A stretch of DNA of 33,927 nucleotides from a virus (taxonomy: Duplodnaviria > Caudoviricetes): positions 1-33,927 of the IMG/VR virus record IMGVR_UViG_3300002307_000144; one strand, written 5' to 3'. A program made the position numbers and the translations under genes. Below are positions 19,201 to 28,200 of this stretch, one piece after another. Below the pieces are notes generated by a model. The model was not told the origin of the DNA. It did no database searches and worked only from the letters and a program-made list of their open reading frames with translations. How positions within the stretch are numbered: position 1 is the first letter of the stretch; every line of letters begins with the position of its first letter.

Positions 19201-22200
19201 CAATTAAAAAACTTTGCGGTTCTTAAATCCCACCATAACTGCCCAACTTGTATAGTAGACCATGCGTGTCCTGCATTAAGCGGCACCGAGCCATCACCGA
19301 AAGAGTATACTGCCGGGTCATAATATAATTTGTAAGTCAATTCCTCATCAGCAACACCAAGAATCTTACCTTGTAACGAATCAACTATATCAAGATGCGA
19401 TACTATAACCTCTGTTGATTTATTATACAAAAATACTTTTTTAATCTTAGACACATCAACTCGATTAACTTCGGTATTAATCTCAGTTAAAGTATATGAA
19501 CTAGACTGTTGGGAATATGCTGGCTTGGTGTATTCATACACTATGCCGGATCTAATATTGTCGTCGTACCCGACAGGTGCACCTACTATAACTGAATTAG
19601 AGCCAACTGATATACAAGAACCATACATCGATTCATTATCAGTATTGTTCGGCAAACTTTCTGAATATACCCAATTTCCATTAGCACTGTTAGCGCCATA
19701 TTGATCATAAATGTCAACCCGGCCGATGCCGTTATGGTTGGCTGAAAATTCAGTTGCTTTCTCATCAAATGTGGTTGTATCACCGTCAAAATGTATCGGT
19801 TGATAATTAGTTGAGCTGCGACTAAAAACAACTAATGTATCAAAATTATTCATGAACGATAGTTTAGATCCAAAATTCTGTGCAGCTTCAGGTGTAGTAT
19901 TAACAAGATCTTGATACCATCGATATTCATCACCTGTTCCTAAATTATATTTGTAAACACTAACGTTACCTTGACTTAGTTTTAACCCATCATACAAGGG
20001 TGACGAAACAGCAATATAATCTCCCTGCCCTGAAACAGCAAGCCCTTCACCAAATCTTATATTATCTCCAGTAATAGTTAATCTTTGAGAATAATCTGTC
20101 CCTCCAGGAGTAGTTTGCTTATAAACAAATACTCGACCTGGGTCGATTCCACTAATTGTACGTACACCCTCAGATGAAATTGTTAAAGTCGATGCATCAA
20201 GGCTTATTGCTGTACGATACCCAAAATTAGCGCCAACTGCTACCTGATTACTATAGAATCCGATAATGTCTTTAAAATGCCATTGAGTAACAGTAAATTG
20301 TAATAGTCCGGTTGGTTCACTATCGGGTGCTATATCAGAAATAAACGTAGTGAGATCGATAATTTTTGCAACATACTGTCCTTTAGTAAATCCTGTTCCA
20401 ACAATACCCATTCCTACTTTAATTCCGATAGTATTAGAAACCCTGATAGTAGTACCACTGTTACTTGTATTAGTTGGGCTAATACCAGCTCCGCTGAAGG
20501 TCGGGTTATAAAACCGCTGGCATATAACTACTGGTTCATATACTAATTGATATACCACTCCCTTCCCACCATTCCCGCCAGGTGCGCTTACAAATAATGT
20601 GTCGTTTCCAAATACTATATTTGTGCCAAATTGTTCGCCGTCTGTCGGATTTGGGCTGATAATAGTGTCAACAAGGGTTGAAATATTATTTTTATCTACT
20701 TGATATAGAGATATTGCGCCTTGATTCATCAATGTTGAATCCGTACCAGCAAGATCGACAGGAATGTATTCTAAAGTATTCCAATATTCTTGCCATAATG
20801 TAACAAACACATTATTGGTATCAGGAGATAATACTAATTCATCACCTCGATATGTGTCTGATATAGTAAATTCAGTCTCACTTAATATTCTTGAAATATA
20901 ATAGATAAAATTAGGAACCAAATTTCCAATGGCGGATTGAAATATAATTTGTTGTCCGGGCACCGACGGGCCTGCTCCTGACTCGTTAATTACTGTACCT
21001 ATTGTTAATTCGGTTACAATACAAGTGGGCGGATAATCTACTAGAATTGCAGTGTTTGCTTGATAGAATACATTAGATAACGGGTCTTTAACAATGTCAT
21101 TTTGATTATATGTGTTTAACCGTTGCCATAATCCTTGATATTTCGTACGTACATGTGATGCTTGAGGTATGCCGGCTGCAATCCATTTATTCGAATTTTC
21201 TAGGGATTGGGTTGAAACTGCTAGTACACTTCCTGTGTAACGATTAACAAAACTAGAATCGGCATATTTTGAAATAACTTCAGAAGGTATCGTTTGGCGT
21301 AGTACCCAAGCCGATTCTGCCCCTGATTTATCACGAATATAAAAAGTTCCGGTTTTGTCTGTAATAACTAAAAAGTTTGAATTAGATGTAATTGCAACAC
21401 TACTGCCAACATTTGAGTATTGTACTGGCAGCGGATTAAGTATTACTGATGGAATGTAAACCTTATTATATTCCCAAACCCCCCAGGCTCCGGTACCGTG
21501 TCCGTTATCATCGGTCCATATAAGTTCTTTAGGTAATAAATTTCGCGATGTTATCGAGTCTGCAACATTAATTGAGGATATTCGTTGACTAGTTAATGCA
21601 AATACGATAATTTGAAGACTAGGAGCAAATTCTAAAATTGACGTTGGTGTTGAGGCCGATATCACATTGAATGAACTTAAATTAACGGAAACAACTTTGT
21701 AAAATCCTGCAAGAAACTTATCAGTTTGCGATAATGCTATTACAGACCCAACTTTTACGGTAACAAGTGATTCGGTGTCAATTTGAAGTTCTGCGGTGTT
21801 ATTAACTATTACACTAGTAATAGACAATACTTTCATATACAAACTTGAATATCGATACACATTCCAATCATTCTGGTCAAATCCGCACCAGATATAATCT
21901 CCCATATTAAACGGCGACCACGAATCTGAGGTTTCGGAAGGAATAGCATTAATGTTGCCAACTGTTGCAACATAGTTTGTGTATTCATTAGTATTTTGGT
22001 CAATATAAACTACAATATCGTTTACTTTGTATTCAACTGTACTATCCCAAGGGTTATTAGTTAATAATGTATCAATCTTGCCGATCGCAATTTTAACATC
22101 CGATAATCTTACATATCCTGCAGACCTTAAATATAAATTTGAGTTGTCTGTTAATGGCCAAGGGTTCGAATTATATCCAGTTGGTTTCAAATATATGTCA

Positions 22201-25200
22201 TCTGGCAATAATTTAATTATTGAATAATCTGTCAGTGAAGGAATAAGACCATATACTAATTCAATAAATGCCCCTGTTCCATTTCCCCCAATAATATTGC
22301 CCGTCTTACCGATCACCGAGAATAACCCCGGAGTTACAATATCATTAACTGCAATAATTTTTCCATTACTATCTGTTGTTACATTAAGAACACAATGTCC
22401 AGTTGTTGTCGGTACTTTAACATTAAAAGATTGATTTGGTTTATAGCCGGTGCCGCGATTGATGATTTTTGTTGAAACTACTGTGTTAACAGTCCCATAT
22501 CGAGGAACTGTTGTATTAAGTAACTCGACTCCTTGAGGATTGCTCTTAAACAGCGACTCGTCTAATGTAAACTCAATTTCTTCAAAGCTAGCAGTTGCGC
22601 CATATTGCCCAGCTCTAGCAGCCCATTCTTCATAAAAACTTAAACTTTCTTGCCGTTCATTAGTTAAAACATTGAATAAATTACTAAAGGCATTCTGTGT
22701 GCCTTTATCTCGAATCATTCCTTGATAAAATTTAAATTCAGATACAGAATCTTGAATAATATTATCAAGATATTGTCTTTTTTGGTACCCGATTAAGTGG
22801 TGTGCCACGGTTTGTTGATTACTATCGAGATTATCACTATCTAAACTATAAAAATCTGCAAATTGCGATGCTTTATAAGACCAGTTCGGTATTAATTTTG
22901 GTGTTGGTTTAGACGACAATAGAGACCAAGCTGCCGGATTAAAGACAGCAGAACCTGGTAGGAATGAATTTGCACTATAATAAAACTGTTGGTATTTTAC
23001 TGTGTCACCTAATTGATAATCCTGCCATTCTTGCCATGTTTTTATTATTGCTTGATCAAATATAAACCCGGGAATATTAAATGAGCCGTCCCAACTTGTT
23101 CCGACATGCGCAGATAGTTTAATTCTTTCTTGTCTATAACCAGTTGCAGGACTATAAATTACGTCATTAAATATTGTTGTCTGATCTAATAACAGAATTT
23201 GTTCTTTTTGCACAAGATAAAATGTTGCATTATATATTTCTTCATTGATTTTAGGAATATATTGTGTAACATTTCCGATTCGAGATATTTTAATGTTATT
23301 AGACAAAACCGGGGTCCCGTCTACTTTAAGAATTTCATATGTATAAAAAGAGTTTGTAATATCATCAACAATTGCATTGTTTGTAGTAAACGTTAACCCT
23401 GCCGCAGCGGGGCTCAATGAAATAACCGAACTGCCGACTGTACTTAGGCCATCTATTTTAATAAAATTTTGAATATTAAATTCGGTAGAATTTGTTACGT
23501 TAGGAAGGACTCGATAAAAGTCACCTTGATATTGAATAATAGTTCCACTCACAAACTCGATATTAGGTAACCATTGTTCCCATTTACCTACGCTAGCTGA
23601 CCAGTTTTGTGTAGTCCAAAACATAAATTCTTTAGCACTAGTTGTCCAATTTACAACTGTGTTTAAATTATTATTAAATGTGTTGAATAAAAACCCTTGG
23701 TCGATTAAATATTGTTCATACCCAAGTAAAAAGTCAACGACATCTTGTATAGTTCCTAATAATGTACCGTAAGGAATATTAAGAACTTTAGTTCTATCCC
23801 AGCCAATTCTTATATTTGCATCACGTCCACCAACAATTGGCAAAGTACTTAACTTTGCATAATAGTTTAAATTTTCAGGTGAAGTATTATTTGTTACAGT
23901 TACTCGATAAAACTGATTATTATATTGTACAATATTACCTACATAATATTCGACACCACTAGTCCAGACCGAATATACTTCAGATATGCCGCCTACATTA
24001 ATATTAACACCTGCTTGAATCCACTGATAATAACTAAAATATGGTTTCTCTTGGCTATACCCTTTAACCTCAAATCCGGCGGCTAATTTTGTAACAATTA
24101 CTCCGCTATACGAAATTTGGGTAACTGGCGAAGAACTATTTAAAATTAAAGTATAATTCTCCTGTGGTACAAACACTCCCCCAGATGATAATGGTGATCT
24201 CGAATCTAAAATTAAGTTAAATTGATCTTTGCTGCTAAACGACCCTAGCCTATATGATAACTGTACTGTAATATTTGATAAATCATATACATACTGATTA
24301 TAAGAGGTTAAATCTGCACCTACAACATAATCAACAATGTAATTAATGATCCCCGCAGTCTGGATATTTGTGTTACTAGAATAGATGCTAGGTATAATAA
24401 TATTGTTCGGATTTATTCTCAACTTAGTATCAGCATATACTAATTGACCTGCTAAATTTCGTACAATCCTTGACCGATCTAGTAACGTTCCAAAAGTTTT
24501 TGCGGGTTTCATTAAGAATGCCGCAATTAAGAAACTAAAAGGATAATCCGAACTTCTTCGCCATGCTCCTTCGACTGGACCTTGATCTCCGAATACAAAA
24601 TCATTTGCAACCTCTGGGGTTAACACCCCAGCCGCCCAACCTGCGGTCAATGGATCTAACAGATTGCCTATTTCGTCAACCGGGATATGATTAATTAAAT
24701 CTGGCCTTGAAAATTTTGAAAGTATAACCGCAGGAACTCCTGGTTGTCTTACACGGCCATCAGTTAAGTCTTGCCACATAATTAAATTATTACTAGTATA
24801 TGGTGCCGGTCCGTATACTTCGTCCCACCAGGTCGGTTTGTCATTAAATCCCAGCATTTCCCAAGGTGTTCGATCGGGACTGTCGGTATCTAATACCCAA
24901 TTATAAATTCCTCTCCAATATCCCGGGCAACTTGTACCATTCGGCAAATCAAAATAACTATAGTTAAAAGTTAAATTAGTATTACGATCAAACCCTTGAT
25001 TTTGGGAATAATCAATACCAACATGTTTAACCCATTTATAAAAATTAGGTGATAATATTTCGTTAAATTCAGTTAGATTGTATTCTGTTGCTCTATTGTA
25101 ACCAGGAATAATATCATAGATATCAAAAATATCGGAATTATATTTTACTTTTATGTTATTATAGATTCTTCTTTCAAGCTCTAATAGAATTGCATCACGG

Positions 25201-28200
25201 TAATCAGTAAATACCCCATTAACAATTTCTCCATACAGCACAGTATGACTACCGTCATGGCCTTGGATAGTCCATGTGTGATTTACAAGCGAAGTATCTA
25301 AGTATACCCTCGGATCAACAGTAGGCCATAAACCTAATTTTGACGGAGTTGGCGGAACAAAGCATCCATTAGTATTTTCAAACTCATAAATGGTAATTAT
25401 ATCACCGTTATTCATATTTGCCGAAATTATAACAAAACCTTGATTATCAAATGTATATTCATGCTCGGTTAACAATTGTGTACCATTTAAATAAACTAAA
25501 ACTGCATGGCTAGATAGCTTATCTAAAGAAAACGACGATGCCCATGAATGGTGCAACGGGTATGATTTAATTCTATAATCAATTACAGTTAGATCATTCT
25601 TAGTACTAGGGCCAAACGCAACCATATCACTGAAATAATAAGGGGCTGTTTTTGGTTTATCTTTAAACATTTTTTGTAAAATCAGATCAACCATTATTAC
25701 TGGATCAGCATCAATGCCTATCTGTTCAGAAGTTGTAATAAAATTTCGTTTAAATTTAGTATATTCAACTTTTGCATAGTCTATCGCCCGAATAACATTA
25801 TTTTGTTCCGACGTAATATGATATATTGAGAGGCTTAATGGGGAACTATGTTGAAGAAACTTAGTACCGTATTGGGCAATGTTCCCTAAATCTCTTAAAT
25901 TGTTTGTTCCAGGATTTGTACCGATGAAAGTTGTTAAATTATCAACGATAGAATTTAAATGGTCAATCACTTCACCTAACGAAAAACTATTAATTAAAGT
26001 ATTGAAAGGGTTATTCTGTAAGTTGTAAGGAATTTCATAAAATCCGTTATTGTTAATTTGCTGTTTAGCAAATGCCTTTACTGTCAATACATCCGAAAGA
26101 GAAATGTCTTTAACTAATGTGATTACTTTATACTTAGTACCGTCACTGATTGCCCAGTTACTAATGTCTAATCGAATCCCGTTAACATAAACTACAATCT
26201 TTAAGTCAGGTAGATTATTAATATTATCAAATATATCCAATGGAAAATTGTTAACTACTTTAGAATTTTTATAGATCCTAACGGCTGCTTGAGTTAGTGC
26301 GCTATCAACCGTTTGCCATCCGTTGACATAAGTTAATACACCGTTGTCAGTTGATTTGACAAGATATCCGATATTAACATCTTTTCTAATAATATCAGTA
26401 GTTGATTTATATTCAAAATAATCAGTTGCAAGATTAAAATTAAACAATATATCACCGATATTGTTTATATTTCCATATGATAGTGGAAATCCAAGTATTG
26501 TATCAGATGTGCCTGCTCCGATATTATATGAAAATACCTTAGTCCCGATAAAAGTTGATCCAGGATACGTAGATACATTACTATAACTAATTTTGTCGTC
26601 ATCAACAATATCAAACAATGGTGATTGATTTACTATTGTCTTTATCTGGGACTGCATCCAGTTAGCGCCATCATACCAATATGATACACCTTGATTTTTA
26701 ACTCCCCGACGGACCAACACTGTTTGAAGACTTTGTGGTTCTTGAAATTCAACTAGACGAATTTTTTTCGTAGTTATTTCATGGAATGACGCTACTAACA
26801 TTGTTCCTTTAGCATTTTTTTGTAATGCAACTGGTCCTTTAAATGTATTTGAAATGGTTATTGTTGTATCGTTAAGAATGCTCGAAATATAATAGTTCTT
26901 ACCGGGAATAATATCTCCAATTGCTGCACCAGAAAAAACAATTAATCGACCAACTTCTAGATTGGCGGTAGAACCGACAATTACAGTATTTCCTGTTGCA
27001 ACTGTCTCAGTAGCATCAGTAGACACCGATTCAGATGTTTGAATAACGTCTACAATTTCTACTTGAAATGTCTTATTTTTTACTCGAATATCATTATCTG
27101 CTGCAAAAATGATGGTATGTCCAGATACAAGATCAACTCCATCAATGTTATAACCGTTCGATCCTTCGATTATTGAAAAAACATCAGTAGTAACAGTATC
27201 GATCAAATCGACATCATCAACTGCATTAATACCAAAATTAAATAATTTTAATCCTGCTTCAAATTCAATAATAGGCCGTACTGCCCGGGCTGTGTGATCC
27301 AATACTGCAATAGTCCCGTTTGCAATTGCACTTGCTTTAATAACATCAATATGAAACCATCTATTATTACGACTCCAAGGATTCCTATCGTTACTGCTAC
27401 GATTAACAACAATATAATCAGAAACACCTGGGTATGATGCTGCATTACTAAATGGTAGTGAATCAAACGGGGTATCGTCAAATAATACCGATTCCGTAGT
27501 AGTGTATGGGCCAATAATCTCTAATGACGATTCTTTGATCAAACAAATGCCTAAACCCACACCTTCTATATAATAGTTTCCGGTAGCATAAATTGATGGT
27601 TCAACGGTTCCAATGAATGTTACCTTCATACCGTTGCTCAAAGAGGTACCATTTTCTAAAATATAAGTCTTCTTCCCTATAATTTCTTTTTCAACATTAA
27701 TAAAGGTATTTTCATTAATTGTGTAAATTTCAAAAACACCTCCTACATTTGGATCTGACTCACTAACATAATATAATGTTTTTGGTGCATCATTAGGAAC
27801 CGTAAATGTAATAGTGCCATTCTCAACAGCATATCCGCTTACACCTAAGTTAGTATATCTATCTAAAACTCCAGAAGTTCTGCTAGTTTTAATAGAGAAT
27901 GGGTTGCCAAGACTTTTGATATCAAAAATGTAAGTTTGTCCCTTATATAATTTGATTGTAGGATTAGGAGTTAACCCGAGCACACCAGTAGGTGAAAAAA
28001 TGTAAACATTATCGCCTAACTCATTTTGAATCGAAACATCATACGTGCTTGTAATTTTTTGCTGGGTACCAAAAATTGGAATAATCGACGGGCCATTGGG
28101 AAGCCAGTAATAATTTTGAAAATTTACAAATTTATCCCAATTAATATGCGGATTCCAACTATAAAACTCTTCAGAATTCAACCTAGCATGTTGTTGTACA

